Notes under the pieces: model-generated
Seen by the model: only the letters and a program-made list of their open reading frames with translations
What the model was told of the DNA's origin: nothing
Databases searched by the model: none
In this document: positions 38,945 through 50,941 of the stretch, one piece after another
Layout: the number at the start of each line of letters is the position of its first letter
Numbering within the stretch: position 1 is the stretch's first letter
Position numbers and translations under genes: made by a program
Origin: Lytechinus pictus
Taxonomy: Eukaryota
DNA length: 64,000 nt
Assembly (NCBI RefSeq): GCF_037042905.1
Contig: NC_087245.1
Location: forward strand, 38,504,001-38,568,000
Reading direction: 5' to 3'

Positions 38945-39437
38945 AGTATATTTATAACAATGGAATTGATCTAATCCTTTTTGTTTGCTTGTTTTATTTA
39001 TTTTGATTTTTTTTTCTTGTTTTAGACTTTTTAGTGATCGAAATATATCATTACAGGAAGAAAAAAAAAAGAAAGAGAAAACCAGGGGCCACTTGGTTTG
39101 ACACATGGATATCGTGTGTGTCCAAAAAAAAAAACATAAAAAGGGAATTCTATTTCGCGATATATGGTACATTGCATACATGTAACAAAATACAGGTGTA
39201 AAAACACTTAAAAAAGGGTACTTTTTGTACGGTAACCTCTGTGATTAGGGTGTGCCTGCATTGAATATCAGCTATGATACAGGTAAACAGCACTGACGTT
39301 TTCTGTATCTTTTGTTTATTGGTTTGTTTTAACAGGGGGAATTGTATTGTACCCAAAATAAAATTATCCGAAGCACGGGGGAGCTTTGAGATCCTCTGTA
39401 CCCCCAGTTAGATGAAGAGGAGGCCGGCTTGCGCAAG

Positions 39438-39470
39438 ATGTGGACCATAAAGCTTCTGCGTTTCAATCAG
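39438..39470 (+). CDS. PAQR5: PAQR5-like first coding exon (MWTIKLLRFNQ); its UTR part probably starts at 39336
   Basis: ATG in gcaagATG context, donor CAG|GTAGCT phase 0, joins in frame to VPSDFHEP. Upstream polypyrimidine acceptor tttgttttaacag at 39335. Confidence 0.8.
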
Positions 39471-42400
39471 GTAGCTATGAAAATAATTTTAAAAAAACAC
39501 ACTTTTTTTTAAATCATGTATTTTATTGTCTCGCCTGCATAGCAGAGCGAGAATATAGGCGCCGCTTTTCCGACGGCGGCAGCGTCAATATCAAATCTTA
39601 ACCTAAGGTTCAGTTTTTGAAATGACATCATAACTTAGAAAGTATATGGACCTAGTTCATGAAACTTGGAGATAAGGTTAATCAAGTATTACTGAACATC
39701 CTGCCTGAGTTTTAGGTCACATGACCAAGGTCAAAGGTCATTTAGGGTCAATAAACTTAGACCATGTTGGGAAAATTATTTTCAAAATCTTAACCGAAGG
39801 TTAAGTTTTTGAAATGACATCATAACTTAGAAAGTATATGGACCTAGTTCATGAAACTTAAGCATAAGATTAATCAAGTATTAGTGAATATCCTGCTAGA
39901 GTTTCAGGTCACGTGACCAAGGTCAAAAGTCATTTAGGGTCAATGAACTTTGGTCAAGTTGGGGGTATTTGTTAAATTACCATCATAACTTTGAAAATTT
40001 ATGGATCTAGTCCATGAAACTTGGACATAAGGTTAAACAAGTATTAGTAAACATCCTGCCTGAGTTTCAGGTCACATGACCAAGGTCAAAGGTCATTTAG
40101 GGTCAATGAACTTTGGCCAAGTTGGGGGTATTTGTTGAATTACCATCATAACTTTGAAAATTTATGGATCTAGTTCATGAAACTTGGACATTAGGTTAAT
40201 CAAGTACCACTGAATATCCTGTGCGAGTTTCAGGTCACATGACCATGGTCAATGGTCATTAAAGGTCAATGAACTTTGGCCGTGTTGGGGGTATTTGTTA
40301 AATTACCATCCTAACTCTGAAAGTTTATGGATCTAGTTCATAAAAACTTGAAATATAAGAGTAATCAAGCATCACTGAACATCCCCTGTGAGTTTCAGGT
40401 CACAAAACCAAGTCAAAGGTCAGTTAAGGTCAATAAACTTAGGCCATGTTGGGGTAATTGTTGAATTGCCATCATAACTTTGAAAGTTTATGGATAGAGT
40501 GAATGAAATGTGGACATGGGTGTAGTTGACAGTCTTAAGTCTCCGTTCAAATGTCATTTATGGTCAATGAACGTGGTATTATGTCATTATATGAATGGTG
40601 TTTTTGTGAATAATTATTTCATAGTAGTTTTCAAAGTTAGCACTGCTGCTATATTAAATTGCGTAATGCAGGCGAGACTGCCAGAGGCGTTCCACTTGTT
40701 GATTTTTGCAATCATAAACATAGTCACAATATTTACATACATTGTATCATTGGTATAATTAATGGAGAAAAAACAAGGAAATAACAGTAATAATAACAGC
40801 ATAAACAAAGGTGACAAGAAAAAAATACATTTTGAAGAAAAGAAAAAGCACTGGTCACACGATTTAGGAAGGGTTGGAAGAATTGTATTGTAACATGCAT
40901 GAAATTTGTGCATAATTTCTCTATATATGATTTGATTTTTCCTTGCTTGTCTGAGTATGCTTGTTAAATGGTACATATTGTCATAATGTATAGTACTTAT
41001 TTCAAGTACATAATTATAAAACCTGTATGCACTCAATTAACCATGTAGGGTATGCCATACATACTTAACCTTGCATAGTTTGTGAACAAGTGCTGGTACA
41101 TGTTTCTTTTTTATATTCAGTCTGCTTGAAAGTATATTCATTATTGATATTTTCACTCAGCCTGTTTTTCAAAGACAATAGATTTGATGAGCTGATACTC
41201 AATTTCAAGAAAACCCTCAAATGGAGCTCCTCATTATGGGGGGGGGGGGGGCAAACAGAATTTCAAGTTTTATATACAGTGTATGTGCTGCAAATTTTAA
41301 ATTATAGGCCTATTTGCACATTGAAGATTAGATGGACTACCAATGAAGAAATGCTCATCATATTTGCTTTCTATATCATGTCTAATATTGCTTCTTGGAA
41401 AAAAAAAAATGATTTGATTCTTTAGTGAACATGTGGAATTGCCTTTTTATGACACCCATTCCCACAATCAGAACTTCTTATTGAAGTATAACTCCCACTA
41501 TATGTTGGGATCAATATCATTGGATTATTCTACTCGCTACCCTTTTCCCCACTCTTGAATTTATTGAAGTTTCCTTCCGACTTCCACGAGCCATTCAACG
41601 TATCAGGGTACCGCTCGCTAAGTATAACTCCCACTATATTTTAGCATCAATATCACTGGGTAATACTGCTCACTACCCTTTTCTCCATTCTTGAACTCAT
41701 TGAAGGTTCCTTCCGACTTCCACGAGCCCTTCATCATATCAGGGTACCGCTCGTGCCGTAGCAGCGTCGCATCTTGCCTAGTCAGCGCCATCCAGGGATC
41801 CAACGAGACCATCAACTTCTGGACCCATTTCATCCCCGCTATGTGGTTTGGCTGGACCACACTGCGTCAGGTGACCGATGGGACAGTCATCGGGGATCCT
41901 TTCTCCTGGCCTCTCATCTGCTTCCTCCTCTCGTCCTTCCTGTACCTGATTGCCAGCTCCATGGCGCACCTGTTCAACTGCATCTCCTTGCCTGCGCGAT
42001 ACGTCACTTTCTTCTTTGACTACGGAGCCATCAGCATCTACAGTTTTGGATGCAGCATAGGTAGGCTTAATGTATTCTCATTTCAACATATTTCTTAATC
42101 TGTTTATCGTGCGTTCATATAGAGGTTTTGTGGATCCGTGGATAAGTCTCTGGACTGTAAGCCATAAGGTCCAGGGTTCAAACTCTACCACAGCACTTGC
42201 ATACATTGGCAACGTGTTTACCTACATTTGCCACTCTCCACCCAGGTGTAGTAAATGGGTATCCCATAAATTCCCTGAATGCTCTAGAACCCGAGTAGCC
42301 ATGCTATAAAAGTTGATGTAATAGTATGCAGCCCTTAGAAATGGTGTATTAAGTGCTATATAAATGTATTATGTAACATATTATTTTATTATTGTTATTT

Positions 42401-45011
42401 TTATTTCAATTTGATACACATCTCTGTGATCCCAGACAGTTATCTGGACATCGATTAAATGCTTACAATGTTGCAGGAGATTTTTACTCTGATGTAATTT
42501 CAATTTTTATGGCATAATGTATAGGCCTACATTAAAGATTTTAGGAAAGTGTATAAAAGACTAACAAACGCATTAATTTTCAGAATTGTTATTTCTTACA
42601 TAACTGTGATCCCCATCTTTATGCATTTACATGTATGTCATATGATGTGATCTGAATTCCATAAGTCAAAATACAAAATGTCCCTTTATTTCAAATATTT
42701 TTCATGCTTTGATTCAAATCTTATCTGTATCACATGTGACATGCTCATTACAGTGTAGTACATTAATTGTATGCTTATTTTCTCCCCCACCCCCATCTTT
42801 TTAACAGCTTACTACGCATACGTTTTTCCCCCGGAGCTTCTCCTCACCGTATTCCACCAGGTATATCTTGTGGTGGCCATGTGTGCTGCAGTGATGTGCA
42901 CATTCCTCGCCTGTTATAGCCGCTTCTCTTCCAACCACTTCATGTATCATTCGGGACGCTTACCAGCATTTATGATCCCCTACATATGGTGCAGGTAACA
43001 ACTAAAGTTCACCCTAAACCAACCCTGGGGGGGGGGTATTTCCAATTGGTCTATAGCCAATTCGTCCCATTATCAATTCATCTTCTATCATTTCATTTGG
43101 TCTACCATCAGTTCGTCCTCTATCCACATGGTCATATTACCATTACATCCACTCGCCAGTTCGTCTAATAAGCAGTTGGTCCAATAGCCATTAATAGTCC
43201 ATATGCCATTTGGTCTAATTGGACTAAGTGTATTAATTGAGTGCAAATGAAGGAAAAGAAAATGGTAATTAGACCAACTGGTTGTGAGACCAATTGGTCT
43301 AGACAAACTGGCGATTAGACAAAGTGATTATTGAACCAAATTGTTTTTAGACATGATGATGGACGGAAGGGCCATAGACTAAATGAAGGTAGACAATGTG
43401 AGGAGTGGATGAGTTGGCAATAGATGAATTTGCAATTCACAGGGAGGGGGTGAATTGGTCCCTTGAACAAAATTTGTGACTTTCGCCCTATGTAGCTGTC
43501 TTCTGCAACTTCCTAATATCACTTCATGCTGCAGAGGGGATAGTGTGTATTAGTAACATACATGTCCATCATTAGCGAACACATAAACATGTAAAAATTG
43601 ACTCTTCAGGACCTAGTATTGTATAGGGTTATGGTCAATACAAGTGGGGACAGACTTTCAGGCACCACTACCATCGGACCCCCTGTCCCGAACGCGATCT
43701 CACTACAACATGATTTTTTAACAAATCGCAAGTTCCAAGTAGTGAAATTATTTCATTCTAATTTTGTCACAATGCTAGGAATATTAAAATCAGAATTCTG
43801 CTTTGTTGCAAGCCTGTTGATGCAGACGAATATGTCATGATTTGGAATTGAATTACTTTTTTTTTCTCCCTTGAGGCACGAGATAGATTGGAATTTTGAT
43901 AGTTCCTATACCACTATTTACAACTTTAATTTTTTAGATTTTATAGGTTGGAATGTGCTTGTTAAATGCTAAAAAATTTGTTTAAAAATTTGATTTCAAC
44001 AGATCGTGAGTGTGCACCTGGCTTGAGGTTACAAACGTCAAAGGTTAAGGAAAAAAGAAATTTAAATTATCAGCCACACAAAGAACAGATTTGCAGAGGA
44101 TCATTTAGGAATTGGGGATTGCCTCAAGTGAAGAGACTTTTCTCATATTGAGTATTTACTTAAGTGACCCATTAGGCTCGTGTGTTCTGGGTAGGAAACG
44201 ATTTGCAAACAAGCCTTCAGATAGAATTAAAAAACAAAGGTTTTTACTTGCATCAGTTCTTGAGTCCATTCAGCATTTGTACATTACATGTACCTGAACA
44301 TGTCTCCTTCGACACTGTCAAACACTGCAAAAATGATGATTTACAAGCCCCCTAAATAACTGCATAAAGTATGCATGCAAGAAAGCCAAGCGAATCAAAT
44401 ATGAATATTTATTAACCATAAGCAGGGGCTAAATAGAGAAATCCCTTCATTTTGCAGAGCCTCTTGGTTTACTGATTCAGATGATCTGTATCAATGTGCA
44501 ACTTTAAGAATATTGGTACACCTATCAAAGTATTAGTCTCCTCGTAAACATTCTTCATTTCTCACCATGCAGTCTTCCTCTGTTTTACCGATTACTCTTC
44601 TGCACTGAACCCAATCCCGATTCCAACGCTGCACTCTTTCACGTCCGACACATCCTTGGAGCCGTCGCAACCGCTTTCGTCTACGCAAGCCGCTTCCCGG
44701 AGGTTCTGGCCCCCGGGACCTTCGATTTCATCGGGCAAAGCCACCAGCTGTTCCACATCGGAGGCGTGTTCGCGACGTATACGCAGTATCGCGCCTTTTC
44801 GCTCGACATGTCCGAACGTCGCCAGTTCCTGGTTGAGGCAGTTGGGCTTCCGACGGTGGGGAATACTCAGAGAGCTTTTCTGGTGGTTTTGACGTTGAAC
44901 CTCCTAATCATCTGGGCCTACTCTCATTGGGTATCGCAACCAAAGTCACTGGATATGGTAAGGCAGCGGTTAGAGAAAGAGAAAAAGGGGCGTGGTTGCA
45001 GTTGTGATTAA
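39438..45011 (+). CDS. PAQR5: Membrane progestin receptor gamma-like (PAQR5/6 class, PAQR/HlyIII family); join(39438..39470,41706..42060,42808..42994,44573..45011), 337 aa
   Basis: Four exons with GT-AG junctions and compatible phases (0,1,2) give 1014 nt. N-terminus MWTIKLLRFNQVPSDFHEPFIISGYR. PAQR motifs NETINFWTH, SSMAHLF, FFDYGAI and PEVLAPGTFDFIGQSHQLFH. Multiple hydrophobic helices. PAQR5 versus PAQR6 cannot be resolved without a phylogeny. Confidence 0.9.
39524..40700 (+). mobile_element. Helentron-associated (HINE/DINE-1-like) non-autonomous element with an internal ~163-bp tandem array, in the first coding intron of PAQR
   Basis: Subterminal inverted repeats GTCTCGCCTGCA (39528) and TGCAGGCGAGAC (40667), short CGG-like microsatellite, repeat units starting near 39626, 39818, 39981, 40144, 40307 and 40470, 3' end ...cacttgtt in a T-rich site. 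Confidence 0.8.
41484..41753 (+). repeat. 136-bp tandem duplication spanning the PAQR exon 2 acceptor
   Basis: 41484-41617 versus 41620-41753, 17 substitutions in 134 nt by my count, no indels. Confidence 0.95.
41706..42060 (+). CDS. PAQR5: PAQR5-like coding exon 2
   Basis: Acceptor ttgaag, donor G|GTAGGC, 355 nt, contains GYR, NETINFWTH, SSMAH and DY motifs. Confidence 0.93.
42122..42370 (+). mobile_element. tRNA-derived SINE in a PAQR intron
   Basis: Same head, B box and ccactctccacccaggtg..aaatgggtat core as the 21310 copy. Confidence 0.75.
42808..42994 (+). CDS. PAQR5: PAQR5-like coding exon 3 (AYYAYVFP...PYIWC)
   Basis: Acceptor ttaacag, donor AG|GTAACA, 187 nt, hydrophobic helices. 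Confidence 0.92.
43037..43440. mobile_element. Foldback-like element with short subterminal repeats in a PAQR intron
   Basis: Left half has repeated ttggtcta/ttcgtc motifs; right half has the complementary tagaccaa/tagac motifs. Confidence 0.6.
44573..45011 (+). CDS. PAQR5: PAQR5-like last coding exon
   Basis: Acceptor catgcag, LPLFYR...PEVLAPGTFDFIGQSHQLFH, stop TAA at 45009-45011. Confidence 0.93.
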
Positions 45012-46665
45012 CAAGGTATTTCTTAACTCGACTCCTTTTTTTTTTCTGAAATATGAGATGGTGTATTGGCTGAAATATCTCTTGAGATTCTTGTGTTTTA
45101 TGTGTTTTCGGTGTATTTACCTTCTCAGGTCAGATGTCCATTATTTAAAAAAAAATTATATTTCGTATCTGTGTGAGTGTTTATATGTATTCATCCATAT
45201 GTAGGGTATTTCCGGGGAAAAAAAGCAAGTTTGTGAATGTATGTATGGTTGGTCTCTGTCAGGGAATTATTTTAGGACCATCCATGTTTTTCAATCCTTT
45301 GCAAACAAATATCCTACTACATACGTTATTCATGCACTAACTATTTATGGAAGGGAAAGATGAGGCAGGATTTCTTGGCAATTTTGATGACCGAAATACA
45401 TGAAGGTCATGGGCAGGCGCGGATCCAGCTGGATACAATAAAAAATGAAATCGGAAAAATAAATACAATTTTAGGGGTCATATTAAGCACAATAGTCAGT
45501 CTTTCACAACTATTATGTCTAATCTAGCCGCATCCCCGCCTCCTGGTTATGGGTACAGGTCTCGTGTGCTGTGAGGACAACATCATTGTCAAATGACAGC
45601 CCTGTGAATCGCAGGATCAACAGGGTATTATTATGACTATCATTGATTATATTGATTAAGACACTGTGTAAATGAATACACTTTACAGGATATTTTGTGA
45701 TGGCCTGCCTGAAAATTTTTTAATGGTATGTCCCATAATCTCATACCAATGCATTGTGGATATCTTGCCAAAAACTGACCTGTTTGACATATATGCAAAA
45801 ATAATGGAATTAATTGTGATTGAATTATCTGCTGAATCTGATTTTTATTTGAATTCCTGGAAAAGTTACTAATTGTCGCGTATAGGAAGCATGAAATTCA
45901 TTCAGCATTTTTACAGATCTTCATGACACATTGGTATACGCCGCATCCTACCAGGAGAGCATTGTATCAACACGTCAACTTTTCCTTGGATTTGATTGGC
46001 TGAAAAACACAGGTGTCTGAACTGTCGGATAACATGGACTTTGTTGAATAAAACATCAGATCCTGTTTCATAAAGATTTGTTGTATGCACAATTTGTATA
46101 ACAAATTTACTATCAGCCAATCAGATTGAAGGATTTCGGTAGCTTATAACACTACATTTAATTGCAAATTTGTTGTTTTATAACGCGTTTTATGAAATTG
46201 CCCCTTGACCTTTCAAGAAACACTCTCCAGGTGTCCATCAGATGTTTGTGTAGTGGCATATCAACTCCAAATGACTTCAGTGCTTTCCTGAGATTTGAAC
46301 TCTTTACCTTGTGATGCAAGTGTCGTTACAAGACTACCACATCTCAGATTCAGGGAATGTTTTGTTTGTTTTTTACAAACTTTGTGCAACCTAAAACTCT
46401 ATTCTTTTCACCTTTCAATGCTGCCTCGTGATGTCATAAGCCTTGCTTGCAGCTGGTTTGCAAAGTGCTTCCTTGTCATATTTCTTTGATGAGCAAAGAT
46501 TTTTTTATTTTTTTTACCGAGGAGTTTCTTTCCATTTCCAATTTCTTATTTCTACCCAGTGATCATTGTAATTTGTTCCTCATGGTCTTCCAAGATACTC
46601 CTGTATTTCTCGGTTTGTTTGATTTGATACAAACATTTATAATGCTTTGTATTTGTAAGCATACT

Positions 46666-47126
46666 CGGGGTTCCCAGCCCATCAGAGAAAATTATTTTTC
46701 ATTTTTCAGTCAGGGAAAAAATCAGGGAATTTGATAAAAGATACCGCAAATCAGGGAAAAATGCTTCCAATGAGGGAAAAATCAGGGAATTTTGATCGGC
46801 CCAAAAGTCAAAAGCGTGCATGGTAGTCATTTAGACTGTTATATTTAGTTGCATATCAAAACAACATCCATTAAATGACTGGTTATGGTGGTTATGGGGT
46901 ATGGTAGAAGGCTGTGTATGGGGAGAAGGAAGGCCATTACATGCCTGTGTAATAGTACTAATTAGTTTTACATTATTGTTTTCATTTTGAAAATACATGT
47001 AATTCACTGCAACAACTTAGAAAACATGCAAAACTGGGAGTGGGTTTAAATAATTATCAGGGAATTTTTAAACTTCATCAGGGAAAAATCAGGGAATATT
47101 GTTTTCTTGAAAAGCTGGGAACGCTG
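46666..47126. mobile_element. hAT-like MITE (empty-site copy)
   Basis: TIRs cggggttcccagc / gctgggaacgctg, ATACT flanking repeat, internal aatcaggga repeats. Confidence 0.8.
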
Positions 47127-48704
47127 ATACTTATGACTGTGTTTACACCCTAAACACACGATTCCATGAAATCATATGTCATTTTATAATGTATATTTTG
47201 TGATGCCTTATCACTTCATGAAATAACAATTTGATAGTAATATCTTTCTTTCTTTCGTTTTTTTTCTTCAAATATTTCTTTTCATTTGCCTTCAGTCACT
47301 TATTTTGCTGCATTAACTATGCATCAGATGTTCCTGTACTATATTTTTGCATTTTTGTATTTTTTTAATTGGATAATGTGTGTGGGGATGGGGTCGTGCG
47401 GGAAGTGGTGTGTGTGTGAGTGTGTGTGTGTGGTTACTGCATTATAGTCTTATATACTGCCATATTCTTGAGGGTTATCAGCAAATATTAGAAAAGAGTA
47501 TATTAGAAAAGAGTATCCAAAAGTTAGTTTAGTGAATAGAGGTTACAATGCCTTCATCCCAATGAATAATCATAGTTGTTAAATGATTGAAGAAGAATAA
47601 TATTAATGGTTATTATTAATAACGATATTACTCTACTTGCCTGATGTAAGAGGGCTTAGTCCAAAGAAATTTAAGGCTGATATACATGTATGTGTCCAAA
47701 GATTTCATATTAGAAATACTGGTATCTTGGCTTTAAAATGAATTTAATTGTAACAACAATAATGTCATGTTTTTAATTGCTATGTTTATCTTGGTAAGAA
47801 TGTGTAATTGGGGGAATGTTCCGCAAAGGATGCAATATTCGTAGAGGAAAAAATTTGAACAGAACACTTAAATGGTCCAAAGTTCAACACACTTTAGCTA
47901 GCTTTGGAAATGTCATTAACCCATTGCCTACTGGAACCGGGTGACCGCTGTACAACGCCGATGTGAATCACATAATTCAGTTGTCAAGAGGTTAATTGTT
48001 CATGATACATAGAACTGTCATCATCCAGTCGGTCAATTGTTTGAAAAACCTGCTCTTGATAAGCAAACTTATTGAACATGAAATGCGAATACGATGTTGC
48101 CCATTTGTGTTGACATTCTCTGCATTTTTCTAAATGCTTGTGTGCCAGCGGTTTTGCACCACCCATCATCTTTGATACAGGGTTAGACATGTATGAAATA
48201 TAGATCCAAATGAATCGTGATTTGCTGTGCTTGGAATAGAACTGCATTACAGGCATTTAAATATTATTTGGTTTGTTGGTTTTATATTGGTAGATGCATG
48301 TAGATAGTGTGTAATGCATGTAGAGCAACTAACACACTAAAGTGAATAAATGCCTGTACATGGTTAGATTTTTCTTATTACTGTATATATTCTATAGCAG
48401 TGGTATTTCAGAGGTTGAATCATTCTGTGTATGAAATAAACATAGTTTTGTAGTACACTGTATCTATCTACACCTAGGCTGAAAGTATAAAGTGAAGAGA
48501 CTGATTTTGAGAAATTAAACAACTTTGTTGAAATATAATATAAATAGAAATTATAGAATATAATATATTTATATTGTTTTCCTGCATTTACACAAATCCA
48601 ATAGTGTATATGAACACCATTATTACCCCCCCCTCCCATATTTAACTTTATATACATGTACCTTGGGCATATTGGCCTACCCATCCATGTAAACAAAGAT
48701 GAGA

Positions 48705-48965
48705 TTCCTTTGGCAAGGCGTCAATCCACAATTTGCCACTCTCCACCCAGGTGTTAAATGGGTATCCGGTAGGATGCGAAAGCCTATGTAGTGTGCCTAG
48801 CAATTGAGTCTTGGAACTCTTGTTGGAATGCTCCCCAGGGAGTGGAGAAGGTGCATACTTTGTATGCCGGCATGCAAGGATCCGATGACCGGGGTAATAA
48901 TGTATATCTCTAAAGCGCTTAGAGACGTCATTCCGATGTGTTAAGCCCTATATAAATGCAGAATA
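48705..48965 (+). mobile_element. 5'-truncated SINE of the same family
   Basis: cctttggcaaggcg...ccactctccacccaggtgttaaatgggtatccggtagg core and a matching 3' tail. Confidence 0.7.
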
Positions 48966-49678
48966 TTTTTGATACTATTTAACAATGTTTGAATTTGACC
49001 ATGTCCTTTCATCTCATGAAAGTAAATTATACGCAAAGAAAAACAACTTCTATTAAGTATGTGGTTTATGGCTGAAAATGATGAAAAATAACTTATTATT
49101 ATCTATTTTAACTGCAAAAAGTGTGTATGTATATATATATTTGTAGTCATATATTTATTTTACATTGAAAAAAGGTGATTTATGAAAATGTTCTGATTTC
49201 AGAGTGGGGGGGGGGGCTGGTATTCATATGTAGTTTTGAAGCAAGAGTGTGTCCAGTCTATTTACAAAAATGTATACATGTATGCTACAGAAAGCATAAC
49301 TGCCACAGTACGTGAAAATACTTATTTACTTACTAATGTATTTTGTGATTTTATTTTATTAGATTGGTGTATTGTGCGGTTCATAATGTACATGTACACA
49401 GTCATGTATTTTTTTACTTTGTTATTCAATGAGCAGCTTCATTTGCCCTTTATTCATTTTTCATTAGAGCAAATATTTTGTATAATGCTCTTTGTTTACA
49501 GTTTATTTCTCTGAGATGAAGTGAGATTTCTATGCTACGCATACTTTTAAACATTTCTTCTCATGCAAATGTGATCACAACTATTTTTGAGTTTTTTTTT
49601 TTAGTGGTGTTCATTATCAATCATGAGTCGTGGACTACCTACAGAATCTATATATATATGTAGATAGCTGTATATATA

Positions 49679-50941
49679 TGGCCATGCGTCTTGAACTCGG
49701 CCCCACAAGAATGTGGTTTTGTTACGCTTTTTCATTTTTGTTCGGTTTAACATACCATATCTCAGTTGAACGGAGAGATATTATCATGAAATTGGTATCA
49801 TTTTAAAACTAAATATATACTCTATCAGGTCTACATGTAAAAAAATGAGCATAATAGCACGTAAATTCGCGACACCGCGATTGATTGAACAAGAAATTGC
49901 AAGGGTGGTGGGGGGGAGAGGAGGGGCGAAGAGGTACACACAAAGTCTATGGGAAAGTCACGTTTCATATTTAAACATGAATAACTTTAGTATACGGGGG
50001 GCTAGAGAATTTATCTTGGTCTCATTTTAAACCTTGAAGTGAGTAATATGATAATCCAACAGTCTTTACAATTTATTTCAATCAGCAATTATTGATTTAA
50101 AAAAGACCTACATGTAAAATTCTACATATAAAAAAACAAAAAAAAATCTTGCATTTACAATTTATGATGTGATTTTTTGGCTGAATTGAGATGCCATTTG
50201 CAAGCGGAGTATGAGCTGTATCAGGGGTGATAGTATAAGCTTTCATGCAAATCAATTTGAGTCATTTTATCGATAAAATGAATAAAACACGGATTGTTGA
50301 GGGGTGGTGGAAGCGGTACACATTACATGCAAGTCTATGGGATTGTTGTATTGCTAGTTACTATTAAACATGCATAACTTTGGTTTCCAAGGGGCTGGAA
50401 CTTTGATTTTGGTCTCATTTTACAGCTAAGCTGAATATAACGGGTATAATAATACCCTCTATACATATCTTACAATTATTAATTAATTATGGTTTATTAG
50501 AAATTTAAGGTAAAGACTATAAGAATGTTGATTTTCGATATTTGAAATTTACATAAATTTGCATAACAAAATTACCTCAATGAAATTATTGAACCCCCTT
50601 AAGTTATATATCATTTGAAAAGGAATTTCTTGAGCAATACAAATCTGATAACTATTTAATGGTGTGGGCAAAGAGAAAACAAATATGGATGTCTGAAAAT
50701 GAAGTATATCGGGGGTCCTAAAATTTTGAATATTTTCATTCATAAAATGTGAGCAGTTCACCCTACCTAATTTTTAATGCCATTTTTGGAATCCTCATGA
50801 AATTTGCTTTCAGAAAAAGTATACTTTTGTATGGATAGGATGAATATTTTCAAAGTTATGACCATTTCCATTCCAATAGGTGCACTATCATTAGATTCAG
50901 GCACTGTAACACAAATGGGGCGAGTTCAAGATGCATGGGCA
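49679..50941. mobile_element. ~1.26-kb non-autonomous DNA transposon in a (TA)n site
   Basis: TIRs gccatgcgtcttgaactcggcccca / tggggcgagttcaagatgcatgggc, internal direct repeat (about 49900-50030 and 50300-50422), no transposase ORF. Confidence 0.75.

Noticed and set aside
49679..50941. Autonomous DNA transposon
   Set aside because: No transposase-length ORF or DDE-like motifs between the TIRs.
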